Assembly (NCBI GenBank): GCA_017857175.1
Contig: JAFMDS010000002.1
Span: forward strand, 58,704 to 122,703
Length of the DNA: 64,000 nucleotides
Origin: Candidatus Nanopelagicales bacterium
GTDB taxonomy: Bacteria > Actinomycetota > Actinomycetes > S36-B12
Direction: 5' to 3'
In this document: positions 34,622 through 43,873 of the stretch, one piece after another
Numbering within the stretch: the stretch's first letter is position 1
How the letters are laid out: each line of letters opens with the position of its first letter
Made by a program: the position numbers and the translations under genes
The notes under the pieces: model-generated
Database searches by the model: none
What the model was told of the DNA's origin: nothing
What the model saw: the letters and a program-made list of their open reading frames with translations, nothing else

Positions 34622-35389
34622 ATGACATTGCTTAGTGGAAAGTCAATACTCATAACAGGGGTTCTCACGGATCAGTCCATCGCATTTCACGTTGCCAAAC
34701 TGGCACAGGAGCAAGGCGCTCAGGTAATCCTGACGTCCTTTGGACGCACCATGTCGCTTACAAAGCGCACGGCATCCCGTCTCCCAATCGAACCTCCAAT
34801 TGTGCAGCTCGACGTGACCTCGCCTGAAGATCTAGAACTACTCAGTTCAAGAGTGCAGGAACATACATCTCAACTAGACGGTGTGTTGCACTCCATCGGT
34901 TTCGCTCCAGAAAGCGCTTTAGGCGGAAACTTTCTCAAGACTGAGTGGGTTGACGTCGCAATGGCTCTCGAGATCTCAACATTCTCGCTTAAATCGCTGG
35001 CGGTTGCGACCGCACCACTTATGCGCCCGGGGGGCTCCTTAGTGGGACTGGATTTTGATGCCACTGTTGCGTGGCCAACCTACGATTGGATGGGTGTTGC
35101 CAAGGCTGCTCTGGAGAGCACATCCCGATACCTTGCCCGCGATCTTGGAGCACAAGGAATTCGAGTCAATCTGATTGCAGCAGGCCCAATCCGAACAATG
35201 GCGGCAAAGAGCATCCCGGGTTTTGAGGAATTTGAAAATCTATGGGCTCAGCGGGCACCTTTGGGTTGGGATGTCACCGATCCGACTCCTGCGGCCAAGG
35301 CATGTGTGGCTTTGATGTCAGATTGGTTCCCTGCTACTTCAGGATCGATTATTCACGTTGACGGCGGAATGCATTCCCAAGGAGCGTAA
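34622..35389 (+). CDS. inhA: NADH-dependent enoyl-[ACP] reductase (InhA/FabI)
   Basis: Matches to remembered InhA include SIAFHVAKLAQEQGAQVILT, LDGVLHSIGF, WMGVAKAALES and AAGPIRT. Confidence 0.93.
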   Translation: MTLLSGKSILITGVLTDQSIAFHVAKLAQEQGAQVILTSFGRTMSLTKRTASRLPIEPPIVQLDVTSPEDLELLSSRVQEHTSQLDGVLHSIGFAPESALGGNFLKTEWVDVAMALEISTFSLKSLAVATAPLMRPGGSLVGLDFDATVAWPTYDWMGVAKAALESTSRYLARDLGAQGIRVNLIAAGPIRTMAAKSIPGFEEFENLWAQRAPLGWDVTDPTPAAKACVALMSDWFPATSGSIIHVDGGMHSQGA

Positions 35390-35399
35390 GCAATTTTTT

Positions 35400-36632
35400 T
35401 TATGCCTTTGATTCGTGCATCCCGTGCCGAGCATCCGATGCTTCAATTTCGTCTCTGGTGATTCCGAGTAGGTATAAAACAGAGTCCAAATAAGGGACAT
35501 TGACCGAGGTGTCAGCGTGATCTTTGAGTACCTTCTTGGCATTGAAGGCCACACCCAGCCCGGCCGCCTCAAGCATGTCGATGTCGTTTGCGCCATCCCC
35601 GATCGCGATGATGCGGCGCCTAGGTATCGCGTGACGTTTGGCGATTTCTTCGAGCGCTAGTCTCTTGCCCTTCCCGTCAATCAGGGGCCCGATCAGTTTT
35701 CCAGTGAGTTTTCCATTCCGGATCTCAAGAGTATTGGCTCTCACCTCGCTGACACCTAGTTGATCTGCTAACGGCGCGATTACATTAATAAACCCACCTG
35801 AAACAAGGACAATTCGATAACCAAGTCGGTTAAGCGTTCGACATAAAGTTCTTGCTCCTGGAGTTAAACGAATTGCCTCACGTACTGAAGTAAGGACATC
35901 TTCATCTAGGCCCGCTAGTAGTTCTACTCGCGCCACGAGCGATTGCGCAAAATCTATTTCACCGGCCATGGCACGCTCCGTGATTGCTGCCACTTCTGGG
36001 CCCACTCCAGCGTTGTTGGCCAGCAAGTCAACTACTTCGTCCTCGATGAGAGTGGAATCCACGTCCATGACAACCAGGTACTGGCCACGTGCCTCGAGGT
36101 CAACATCTTGCACAGAGATGTCAACGCCACAGTCGACGGAGACCTGGGCAAGGGATCGCCTCATGGCGTCAGGGTGCGCGCCTGAACCCTCGAGACGGAT
36201 CGCCGTGACCGGATAAGCGGCGATGCGATGTATCCGGTCAATATTGCCCCCAACCTTTGCAATCGTGGCGCTGACCTGGGTCACCGCCTCGGGGCTTAAT
36301 GGCGAGCCCATCAGGATCACCTGGAACCTGTCTGATGCGCTAATGAGTGACTCCGCCACCCCCGGAACCGTTGAAACTTCGAGATCCATCTGGCTTGCGA
36401 TCATGCGAACGGCCGTGCGAGCTTCATGGAGGACATCATCTGCTTGCTCGGTAGAAAGATTTGAGTCTTCATTGACGGCAATGAGAAACACGAGGATTAA
36501 TCGACCTCGCACAACTAACTGCTCCATGTCGATAACATGAACCGGGTACCGAGAAAACGATTCAAATAATGACCGTGTAACCCCCGGGCGATCAGCACCA
36601 TTGATCGTGACGAGCAAGGTCTTGTTTCCCAT
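35400..36632 (-). CDS. serB: phosphoserine phosphatase SerB with N-terminal ACT domains
   Basis: The 410-aa protein has two ACT-like N-terminal repeats (LLVTINGADRPGVT..). A HAD domain follows, with DVDSTLI, SGGF and GDGANDIDML. Confidence 0.9.
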   Translation of the reverse strand: MGNKTLLVTINGADRPGVTRSLFESFSRYPVHVIDMEQLVVRGRLILVFLIAVNEDSNLSTEQADDVLHEARTAVRMIASQMDLEVSTVPGVAESLISASDRFQVILMGSPLSPEAVTQVSATIAKVGGNIDRIHRIAAYPVTAIRLEGSGAHPDAMRRSLAQVSVDCGVDISVQDVDLEARGQYLVVMDVDSTLIEDEVVDLLANNAGVGPEVAAITERAMAGEIDFAQSLVARVELLAGLDEDVLTSVREAIRLTPGARTLCRTLNRLGYRIVLVSGGFINVIAPLADQLGVSEVRANTLEIRNGKLTGKLIGPLIDGKGKRLALEEIAKRHAIPRRRIIAIGDGANDIDMLEAAGLGVAFNAKKVLKDHADTSVNVPYLDSVLYLLGITRDEIEASDARHGMHESKA

Positions 36633-36667
36633 GGTGTAACCCTAGGGAATCTCAGGGAAGGAGTGAC

Positions 36668-37351
36668 ATGAGGCTTGCGCTCAGATGGATCGTCGGTTCG
36701 ATTTTGCTCATCCTGGCTGGGGCATTCGCCGCAGTATCTATCGCGATTTATGCAACTTTTGGCTTCTCCAACTCGCTGTCAGCGGATGGATTCCAGATCC
36801 CTTCAACTGATTTGGAAAACTGTGGCAGCCTGCTCATTGACGTCAATTCACTATCGATTGAGTCTGCGCCTTTGACCGAAATTGTGGGGGAGCCCGAGGC
36901 ATATCTCACAGTGGCATTGAGTTCTGGGAACACATTTACCAGTTCCCTTGTCGAGACATCATCAGTAGACGAGGTGCTGCTAGGCCGTAGCACCTGCACC
37001 GTCCAAGTTAATGAGGGTGTGACCCTGAATCCAATCTCACCTGATTTGCCGTCCCTGAAGCAAGGGGATCTGACAAGCACAATCCAAACAATGACGGGTG
37101 TATTGACTGCGATTTCATTGCCGCAATCTCAAGGTGTAAGCATTTTCATTGAGCTGCCTGCGCTGCCCGAAGGTTCCTCAGCATTGTCACTTGAAGGTTT
37201 GATTGTCTACCCAAATTCCCAATTGATCTTGCAGGTCAGTGCGGTTGTAGCAGTGTTTTTCCTCCTAGGGTCCGTGCTGACGTGGATTGTCACCCGCAAG
37301 AAGCCAAGGGCACGCGATACAAGCGAAGGCGCAATCCATGAACCAAAGTGA
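36668..37351 (+). CDS. hypothetical membrane protein anchored at both ends
   Basis: The 227-aa ORF has an N-terminal helix (IVGSILLILAGAFAAVSIAIYATF) and a C-terminal helix (VSAVVAVFFLLGSVLTWIV) followed by a basic tail (TRKKPRAR). I recognise no family motif. Coding status rests on ORF length, position and hydrophobic pattern only. Confidence 0.5.
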   Translation: MRLALRWIVGSILLILAGAFAAVSIAIYATFGFSNSLSADGFQIPSTDLENCGSLLIDVNSLSIESAPLTEIVGEPEAYLTVALSSGNTFTSSLVETSSVDEVLLGRSTCTVQVNEGVTLNPISPDLPSLKQGDLTSTIQTMTGVLTAISLPQSQGVSIFIELPALPEGSSALSLEGLIVYPNSQLILQVSAVVAVFFLLGSVLTWIVTRKKPRARDTSEGAIHEPK

Positions 37352-37931
37352 TCATTCTGAGCAGAAGTGGCGGATCTGGACACTCCCAAATGCAATTAGT
37401 ATTCTGCGGCTGCTGGGTATCCCACTGTTTTTGTGGCTCCTGCTGAGTCAAAGAAATGACACAGCGGCCTTCTTTGTGTTGGTAATTGCTGGAGCCACAG
37501 ACTGGATTGATGGATATTTGGCACGGCGCTTGAACCAGCAAAGTCGTTTGGGTGAGTTGCTAGACCCATTGGCAGATCGTCTTTATATTGCGGCAACCAT
37601 AATTGGTTTGGCTATCCGCGATGTCATTCCCTGGTGGCTCGTTGTCCTCATTGCAGTCCGAGATGTCTTACTTCTCGCCATAATCCCGATGCTTAAAAGG
37701 CTTCAGATAAAGGCCTTGCCAGTGACGTATGTTGGCAAGAGTGGAACTTTTGCCCTGCTGTGGGGTTTCCCACTTTTCCTACTAGGCACCTCTGGTGGGC
37801 TCTGGGGCACTGTTGTAACGGCTCTCGCGTGGGCCTTTTCAATGTGGGGTACGTACCTCTACTGGTGGGCTGGGATTCGCTATTTCGCCACGGCGAGAAT
37901 GCTGCTGCGTGTTGAGGAGCAAGGTCGGTAG
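37338..37931 (+). CDS. pgsA: CDP-alcohol phosphatidyltransferase (PgsA / cardiolipin-synthase type)
   Basis: The signature D-x2-DG-x2-AR-x8-G-x3-D-x3-D is present (DWIDGYLARRLNQQSRLGELLDPLADR). The ATG at 37338 is preferred over the ORF-track start at 37287. Confidence 0.85.
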   Translation: MNQSDHSEQKWRIWTLPNAISILRLLGIPLFLWLLLSQRNDTAAFFVLVIAGATDWIDGYLARRLNQQSRLGELLDPLADRLYIAATIIGLAIRDVIPWWLVVLIAVRDVLLLAIIPMLKRLQIKALPVTYVGKSGTFALLWGFPLFLLGTSGGLWGTVVTALAWAFSMWGTYLYWWAGIRYFATARMLLRVEEQGR

Positions 37932-37940
37932 GCTTAAGAC

Positions 37941-38324
37941 ATGACTCCTGACGAACTGTCTTACACCTCAGATCATGAATGGGTACGTCTGACTGAATCT
38001 GGCAACGCTCTGTTCGGGATAACCCATTACGCTCAAGAGGCTTTGGGGGATATTGTCTACGTCTCCCTACCCGCTGTTGGCGAATCGATTACTGCTGGGC
38101 AGGCGTGTGGCGAGATTGAGTCAACCAAGAGTGTGAGCGATATTTTTGCCCCGGTCGACGGTGAAGTCGTCGCGGTCAACCCGACATTGGATTCGACACC
38201 TGAAATAGTTAATTCTGCTCCCTATACGGACGGCTGGTTGGTGGAGGTTGAATTGGCTAATCCAGTTCAGATCGATTCACTTTTGAGTTCGGGTGAATAC
38301 CTGGCTCTGATCGAGAAGGCTTAG
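37941..38324 (+). CDS. gcvH: glycine cleavage system protein H
   Basis: The 127-aa protein has the motifs YTSDHEWV and GITHYAQEALGDIVYV. The lipoyl-lysine motif ESTKSVSD is present. Confidence 0.95.
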   Translation: MTPDELSYTSDHEWVRLTESGNALFGITHYAQEALGDIVYVSLPAVGESITAGQACGEIESTKSVSDIFAPVDGEVVAVNPTLDSTPEIVNSAPYTDGWLVEVELANPVQIDSLLSSGEYLALIEKA

Positions 38325-38333
38325 GCTCGAAAC

Positions 38334-38831
38334 ATGAAATGCGATGTGTGCTCGACTGTTGTTGATGATGGAGCCCGGTTTTGTTCCTCTTGTGGGGCGC
38401 CGATCTCGATGGGTGACGGTGGCCGGGAATCTTTGGAGCACACAGGAGTTATCACGTCGATCATTGCCACGACAGGTACTGGACCGGTAGGGCTCGGGTC
38501 AGGTGTCCACCGAGACCTGCCGAGTGGCTCGGCCATGCTCATCGTGCACCGAGGCCCCGGCGAGGGCGCTGAATACCCTTTGAACAAAAGCGACGGCGTC
38601 ATAGTGGTTGGGCGAGCTCAAGAAGCAGATGTTTTTCTTGACGATGTAACCGTCAGTCGCCATCACGCAGAGTTTCGGCATGGAGCATCCGGATGGAGCG
38701 TGCGCGACGTAGGTTCACTCAATGGCACGTATGTGAACCGTGTTCGTGTCGACGACCAGCAATTGCGCGGTGGTGATGAAGTACAGATCGGAAAATTTCG
38801 GTTTATTTTCCTGGTCGGTGTCGATAACTAA
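38334..38831 (+). CDS. garA: FHA-domain protein homologous to GarA/OdhI, with an N-terminal zinc ribbon
   Basis: The C-terminal 100 aa align closely with remembered GarA (GR....D.FLDDVTVSR.HAEFR......V.DVGSLNGTYVNR......L..GDEVQIGKFR..FL). The N-terminus carries C-x2-C-x11-C-x2-C (CDVCSTVVDDGARFCSSCG). It sits next to gcvH, as garA does in mycobacteria. Confidence 0.85.
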   Translation: MKCDVCSTVVDDGARFCSSCGAPISMGDGGRESLEHTGVITSIIATTGTGPVGLGSGVHRDLPSGSAMLIVHRGPGEGAEYPLNKSDGVIVVGRAQEADVFLDDVTVSRHHAEFRHGASGWSVRDVGSLNGTYVNRVRVDDQQLRGGDEVQIGKFRFIFLVGVDN

Positions 38832-39529
38832 TGTCGTCCGCCGCTGAGAACACTCTGAGTATCGGAGAAGTTCTCTCCATGTTGAAAAAAGAATTCCCTG
38901 ACGTCTCAATCAGCAAGATTAGATTCTTGGAAACAGAAGGACTTGTAACTCCGGCCCGTTCGGCCTCGGGGTACCGCAGATTTGACACCCACGATGTAGC
39001 ACGTTTGCGAGTGGTCCTCACCATGCAGCGAGACCAGTACCTGCCGTTGAAAGTTATCAAGGACCAATTGGCGTCGGATGCTGATCAGGCCGGTATCAGT
39101 GCTCCCGTTGCTTCCGCTGGAGGAGTTCGACCTGACGATTTTCGCCCAGGTGCGGGCCGCATCAGACTCACCCGTTCCGAGTTGGCCGCAGAAACTGGAT
39201 TGCCCGAAGAAATCATCATTGCCCTAGAGAAAGACGGTCTTGTGTGGGCCAACGCGGCAGGGCACTTTGATGAGGACTCGGTGCAAATCTGCGAGATCAC
39301 GGCAAAACTTTCCCAATTTGGCGTGGAGCCACGGCATTTGAGGTCCTTCCGAGTTGTTGCCAACAGAGAATCGGGGCTGGTTGAGCAAATAGCGACTCCG
39401 TATTCGCATCCACGTGATCGCGATGCTAAAGCACGGGCGCAACAAACAGTCCGAGAATTGGCCTCCCTGTTCGTGCAACTGCATGCTGCTCTGCTGAGAG
39501 CAGAATTGATCCGCTCAGGAAGCGGCTAA
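38831..39529 (+). CDS. MerR-family transcriptional regulator (FtsR / Rv1828-like)
   Basis: A MerR HTH is present (LSIGEVLSMLKKEFPDVSISKIRFLETEGLVTPARSASGYRRF). It sits immediately after the garA-like gene with a 1-bp overlap. Confidence 0.8.
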   Translation: MSSAAENTLSIGEVLSMLKKEFPDVSISKIRFLETEGLVTPARSASGYRRFDTHDVARLRVVLTMQRDQYLPLKVIKDQLASDADQAGISAPVASAGGVRPDDFRPGAGRIRLTRSELAAETGLPEEIIIALEKDGLVWANAAGHFDEDSVQICEITAKLSQFGVEPRHLRSFRVVANRESGLVEQIATPYSHPRDRDAKARAQQTVRELASLFVQLHAALLRAELIRSGSG

Positions 39530-39556
39530 CATCGGTACCAGAGGTAAACTGGGATC

Positions 39557-40051
39557 ATGATTGAGGTAACCGTCGCTGGAGTCCGCATGGAAATGCCATC
39601 GAATACGCCCATTGTTTTGCTGCAGGAGGTTCAAGGCCTTCGCTACCTTCCCATATGGATTGGGGCAGTTGAAGCCACATCAATTGCCTATGCTCAACAG
39701 GGGGTAGAACCTCCTCGGCCCATGACCCACGATTTATACGTTGCCACGTTAGCCGAAATTGGAGCTACTGTGACGTCGGTGCGAATCACCGACCTCAATG
39801 ACGGTGTGTTTTATTCTGTAATCGACTTGACGGGAGCTGATGGAAGTGTCCACAGCATTTCTGCTCGTCCGTCGGACGCCCTAGCGATTGCCCTCAGGGT
39901 CGGCGTCCCGATACTGGCAACCGAAGCCGTTTTTGACGCCGCAGGCGTTGAACTCCCTGAAGACGACGAGGGTGCGCCCGAGGACCAAGTGGAGGCTTTT
40001 CGGGAGTTTCTTGAGGGAGTTTCACCCGAGGATTTTGAGGAGTTGTCTTAA
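39557..40051 (+). CDS. bifunctional nuclease domain (DUF151/BFN) protein
   Basis: The 164-aa protein has the motifs LPIWIG..EA and RPMTHDL, followed by an acidic C-terminal tail. Its position corresponds to the gene between the two MerR regulators in the mycobacterial locus, as I recall it. Confidence 0.72.
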   Translation: MIEVTVAGVRMEMPSNTPIVLLQEVQGLRYLPIWIGAVEATSIAYAQQGVEPPRPMTHDLYVATLAEIGATVTSVRITDLNDGVFYSVIDLTGADGSVHSISARPSDALAIALRVGVPILATEAVFDAAGVELPEDDEGAPEDQVEAFREFLEGVSPEDFEELS

Positions 40052-40179
40052 ACCACCGTGGCATCAGCGTCATCTAGAGGTTGAGACTTCGGTGTAACAC
40101 TCTTTGGCGTGTCGGTTGGCATCCCGCGGTAGCCTTTCGTAGGTTCGGAGCCTACCCAAAAGGGCTACAAGGAGGCGCG

Positions 40180-40725
40180 GTGTTCAGCGAGCAGGATTCG
40201 CTTTTTGGCGAACAGGAAGTACCCCACATGCCATCAGACCTGGGGTACCGAGGACCGACTGCGTGCGCTGCGGCCGGCATCACCTACCGCCAATTGGACT
40301 ACTGGGCTCGCACCGGCCTCGTAACGCCAACCGTCAAGGGTGCCCACGGATCAGGCTCACATCGCCTCTACGGTTTTCGCGATATTTTGTTACTACGCAT
40401 TGTCAAACGACTCATTGACACTGGAGTTTCGCTGAACAACATCCGAATTGCCATTGAGCACTTGGGCACTCGGGAGGCGCGATTCCTGTCATCACTGACA
40501 ATCATGAGCGATGGCGCCAGCATCTATGAGTGCACCAGCGAAGATGAAGTCATTGACCTTGTACGCGGTGGCCAAGGAGTATTTGGAATTGCCATAGGCA
40601 GCGTTTGGAAAGAAGTTGAGGGCAATTTGGCCAGCTTGCCGGGTGAACAGCCTGAGAGCGGAATGGTCACCCTTAATGCGATGGATGAACTTTCCCAAAG
40701 ACGCGCCGCCCGCGCTGCCGTGTAA
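40180..40725 (+). CDS. MerR-family transcriptional regulator (Rv1830-like)
   Basis: A MerR HTH is present (AAAGITYRQLDYWARTGLVTP..GSGSHRLYGFRDILLLRIVKRL). The GTG at 40180 follows AAGGAGG. The ORF-track start at 40081 lies inside a structured leader. Confidence 0.8.
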   Translation: MFSEQDSLFGEQEVPHMPSDLGYRGPTACAAAGITYRQLDYWARTGLVTPTVKGAHGSGSHRLYGFRDILLLRIVKRLIDTGVSLNNIRIAIEHLGTREARFLSSLTIMSDGASIYECTSEDEVIDLVRGGQGVFGIAIGSVWKEVEGNLASLPGEQPESGMVTLNAMDELSQRRAARAAV

Positions 40726-40775
40726 TTCAGCATTTGCGCAGAACTGGGCTAGGATTGGGGCGCTGACTAATTCAG

Positions 40776-40968
40776 TGCGGGAGATACCGCGGGAGAAACT
40801 TCCTGTGGAGCCGAAGGAGCAACGCCCCAGCAAACTCTCAGGCACCCGGACCGTACTGAAAAGGCAACTCTGGAAAGCAGTCGTGACTGCACCGAAGGTG
40901 AAAATCGTGCTATTCCCCGAGCACGGTGAAGCTCTCAGGTCGGGTTATCCCGGATGACAGTGGGGGCG
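40776..40968 (+). promoter_or_regulatory. tandem glycine riboswitch (two aptamers) in the gcvP leader
   Basis: Aptamer 1 contains GGGAGA..GCCGAAGGAGCAA..CTCTCAGGCA..GGAC. Aptamer 2 contains CTCTGGAAAG..CACCGAAGGTGAAAA..CTCTCAGGT..GGATGACAG. These match the conserved glycine-riboswitch cores (GGAGA, ACCGAAGGxGCAA, CUCAGG..GGAC). It lies directly upstream of glycine dehydrogenase. Confidence 0.85.
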
Positions 40969-41001
40969 TGTTTGTTCGCGCCGCTACTGACTGGAGAACC
41001 A

Positions 41002-43869
41002 ATGCCTAACCCTGTTGATGTAACTGATTTCAGCCGTCGCCATATCGGTCCTAGCCCGCGCGAAATCGACCTAATGCTCGACCAACTTGGATATTCAAAT
41101 CTTGATTCATTTATCGATTCGGTGGTGCCGAATGTAATCAGGCTGCAAGAACGGTTGGAATTGCCGCCTGCACTCACGGAGCCAGAAAGCATTGCGCGCA
41201 TGTCTGAAATTGCATCGGGCAACAGAATTGTGACATCAATGATCGGCTTGGGTTACTACGGCACGCACACGCCCTCCGTGATCAAGAGAAATATTTTGGA
41301 AAATCCGGCTTGGTACACGGCCTACACGCCATATCAGCCTGAAATCTCACAGGGGCGACTTGAAGCACTGTTAAATTTCCAAACCGTCATCGAGGATCTG
41401 ACGGCATTGCCGGTTGCCGGCGCATCATTATTGGATGAACCAACAGCTGTGGCAGAAGCCATGACTTTGGCCTTGCGTCATGGGAAGAAGGGGGCTCAGA
41501 GCATCCTGATCGATGTCGATGTTCACCCACAAGTTCTAGCGGTCCTGAAAACGCGGGCAAAGCCGCTTGGAGTAAGCGTCACAACATGGAATTTTGGTGA
41601 GCCACTACCCAGTGAGGATTTCGCCGGACTGATTCTCGCCTACCCTGGATCAGAGGGTGAGGTTCGAGACATCCGTTCAACAATCGCTCAGGTGAAGGAA
41701 CGGGGTGCCCTTGCGATCGTGTCCTCGGATCTCCTCGCGCTCACGATGCTCGTGCCACCAGGGGAGATGGGCGCCGATTGTGTTGTCGGCTCCGCGCAAA
41801 GATTCGGTGTCCCATATGGTTTTGGTGGTCCTCATGCCGGCTTCATGGCTGTTCGAGCTGGCCTCGAGCGTAGTTTGCCAGGACGCCTAGTTGGGGTCAG
41901 TGTCGATGTTGAGGGAAATCCTGCATATCGCTTGGCGCTTCAAACGCGTGAGCAGCATATTCGTCGAGAAAAGGCCACAAGCAATATCTGCACGGCACAA
42001 GTACTTCTTGCCGTGATTGCTGGAATGTACGCTGTCTATCACGGACCGGACGGTCTGCGAGGAATAGCCCAATCCGTCAACATCCGGGCTAAAAAACTCG
42101 CCCAAAATCTCTCAGTTGCCGGATTTCAACTTTTGTCAGAGTCATTTTTCGACACGGTCACCTTGGTAAATGTGGATGCACAAGTTTTGGTGGAGAACGC
42201 TCTGGCACATGGCATTAATATTCGCCAGACTTCGCCCAGCAGAGTGAGTATCACAGTCGACGAAACAACGACTGACCTGGATATCAAACGTTTACTCGCA
42301 GCGGTGGCACCTGGTACCTCAAAGGATGAGGTAGTGAATGGGGTAGCAGGCATGCCTTGTGAACTCAGTCGCACGAGCCCATTCCTTCAACATCCAGTGT
42401 TCAATTCGCATCACAGTGAGACGGCCCTTTTGCGGTATATGCGAAATTTGGCAGATAAGGACATAGCGCTTGATCGATCCATGATTCCGTTGGGTAGTTG
42501 CACCATGAAATTGAATGCGACAACGGAGATGGAACCGATCACTTGGAACGAGTTCGCAGGGATCCATCCATTTGCGCCACTGGATCAAGCCAAGGGTTAC
42601 CTGACAATGATTCGAGAGCTTGAATCCGATCTAGTCGCAATAACGGGTTATGACGCCGTTTCGCTGCAACCTAATGCTGGATCACAAGGTGAATTTGCTG
42701 GGCTGCTTGCCATCAAGTCGTATCACGAGTCGAGAGGGGATGTTCAACGCGAGATCTGTCTCATCCCGAGTAGCGCACACGGGACCAACGCCGCGAGCGC
42801 GGTCATGGCGGGAATGAAAGTGGTTGTCGTGGGTTGTGACGTTGAAGGTAACGTGGATGTTGCAGATTTGAAAACGAAAATTGACACTTTCGGAGATCAG
42901 CTCGCTGGATTGATGATCACTTACCCATCAACTCATGGAGTTTTTGAAACGGCTGTCTCCGATATATGTGCGATGGTCCATGATGCTGGGGGACAGGTGT
43001 ACGTGGATGGCGCCAACCTCAATGCGCTGGTCGGTTTGGCTCAGCCAGGTCGCTTTGGTGCGGATGTTTCACATTTGAACCTGCATAAAACGTTTTGTAT
43101 TCCCCACGGTGGAGGTGGCCCGGGCGTTGGTCCAGTGGGTGTGCGATCACATCTCGCGCCATTTCTGCCGTCGCATCCTCTGCGACCTGAATGTGGACCA
43201 ACGGGAATGGGATTCGACGACGGTGGAGTCGGTCCTGTGAGTGGAGCCCCATGGGGGAGCGCGGGAATTCTTCCCATTCCCTGGAGTTACATCCGACTCA
43301 TGGGTGCAGAAGGTTTGCTGCATGCAACGAAGGTTGCGATCCTGAGCGCCAACTACATCGCCAGTAGGCTCAGCGCCCACTATCCTGTTTTGTATTCAGG
43401 GTCCAATGGCCTGGTTGCTCATGAGTGCATCATCGATCTTCGTCCCATCAGCGCGTTGACTGGAGTGTCGGTCGACGACGTGGCTAAACGCCTCATTGAC
43501 TATGGATTCCACGCGCCCACCATGAGTTTCCCTGTGGCTGGGACCCTCATGATTGAGCCTACCGAGAGCGAAAATCTTGCGGAGCTCGATCGGTTCTGTG
43601 AAGCCATGATTGCCATCAAGTCAGAGATTGATCGTGTGGGAGCGGGGGAGTGGCCCTCAGACAACAACCCGTTATCAAACTCGCCGCACACAGCCAACAT
43701 GTTGATTGACAATCAAGATTTGCCATATCCCGCATCTCTGGCTGCCTATCCAGTGGCATCACTAACCGCGGGCAAGTACTGGCCGCCCGTTCGTCGGATT
43801 GATGGAGCCTATGGTGACCGAAACCTTGTGTGCAGTTGCCCGAGCATCGAGGAACTTGCAAGTAGTTGA
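41002..43869 (+). CDS. gcvP: glycine dehydrogenase (decarboxylating), single-chain P protein
   Basis: The roughly 955-aa protein has the N-terminus FSRRHIGPS and the motif [14 protein letters not shown]. The PLP-lysine region reads [19 protein letters not shown]. The ATG at 41002 follows GGAGA. The ORF-track start at 40954 lies inside the riboswitch. Confidence 0.97.
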   Translation: MPNPVDVTDFSRRHIGPSPREIDLMLDQLGYSNLDSFIDSVVPNVIRLQERLELPPALTEPESIARMSEIASGNRIVTSMIGLGYYGTHTPSVIKRNILENPAWYTAYTPYQPEISQGRLEALLNFQTVIEDLTALPVAGASLLDEPTAVAEAMTLALRHGKKGAQSILIDVDVHPQVLAVLKTRAKPLGVSVTTWNFGEPLPSEDFAGLILAYPGSEGEVRDIRSTIAQVKERGALAIVSSDLLALTMLVPPGEMGADCVVGSAQRFGVPYGFGGPHAGFMAVRAGLERSLPGRLVGVSVDVEGNPAYRLALQTREQHIRREKATSNICTAQVLLAVIAGMYAVYHGPDGLRGIAQSVNIRAKKLAQNLSVAGFQLLSESFFDTVTLVNVDAQVLVENALAHGINIRQTSPSRVSITVDETTTDLDIKRLLAAVAPGTSKDEVVNGVAGMPCELSRTSPFLQHPVFNSHHSETALLRYMRNLADKDIALDRSMIPLGSCTMKLNATTEMEPITWNEFAGIHPFAPLDQAKGYLTMIRELESDLVAITGYDAVSLQPNAGSQGEFAGLLAIKSYHESRGDVQREICLIPSSAHGTNAASAVMAGMKVVVVGCDVEGNVDVADLKTKIDTFGDQLAGLMITYPSTHGVFETAVSDICAMVHDAGGQVYVDGANLNALVGLAQPGRFGADVSHLNLHKTFCIPHGGGGPGVGPVGVRSHLAPFLPSHPLRPECGPTGMGFDDGGVGPVSGAPWGSAGILPIPWSYIRLMGAEGLLHATKVAILSANYIASRLSAHYPVLYSGSNGLVAHECIIDLRPISALTGVSVDDVAKRLIDYGFHAPTMSFPVAGTLMIEPTESENLAELDRFCEAMIAIKSEIDRVGAGEWPSDNNPLSNSPHTANMLIDNQDLPYPASLAAYPVASLTAGKYWPPVRRIDGAYGDRNLVCSCPSIEELASS

Positions 43870-43873
43870 GGCG

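Noticed and set aside
33836-35389. The MabA-InhA-like pair as evidence for mycolic acid (FAS-II) biosynthesis
   Set aside because: FabG/FabI pairs of this type are widespread in non-mycolate actinobacteria. No KasA/KasB, Pks13, FadD32 or mycolyltransferase genes are nearby. The pair is treated as ordinary fatty-acid synthesis.
40616-40957. A 113-aa plus-strand ORF, together with the minus-strand ORF at 40935-41222, covering the gap between the MerR gene and gcvP
   Set aside because: The region carries both conserved glycine-riboswitch aptamer cores. The ORF also starts inside the MerR coding sequence in another frame and has no ribosome-binding site. A non-coding leader explains it better.
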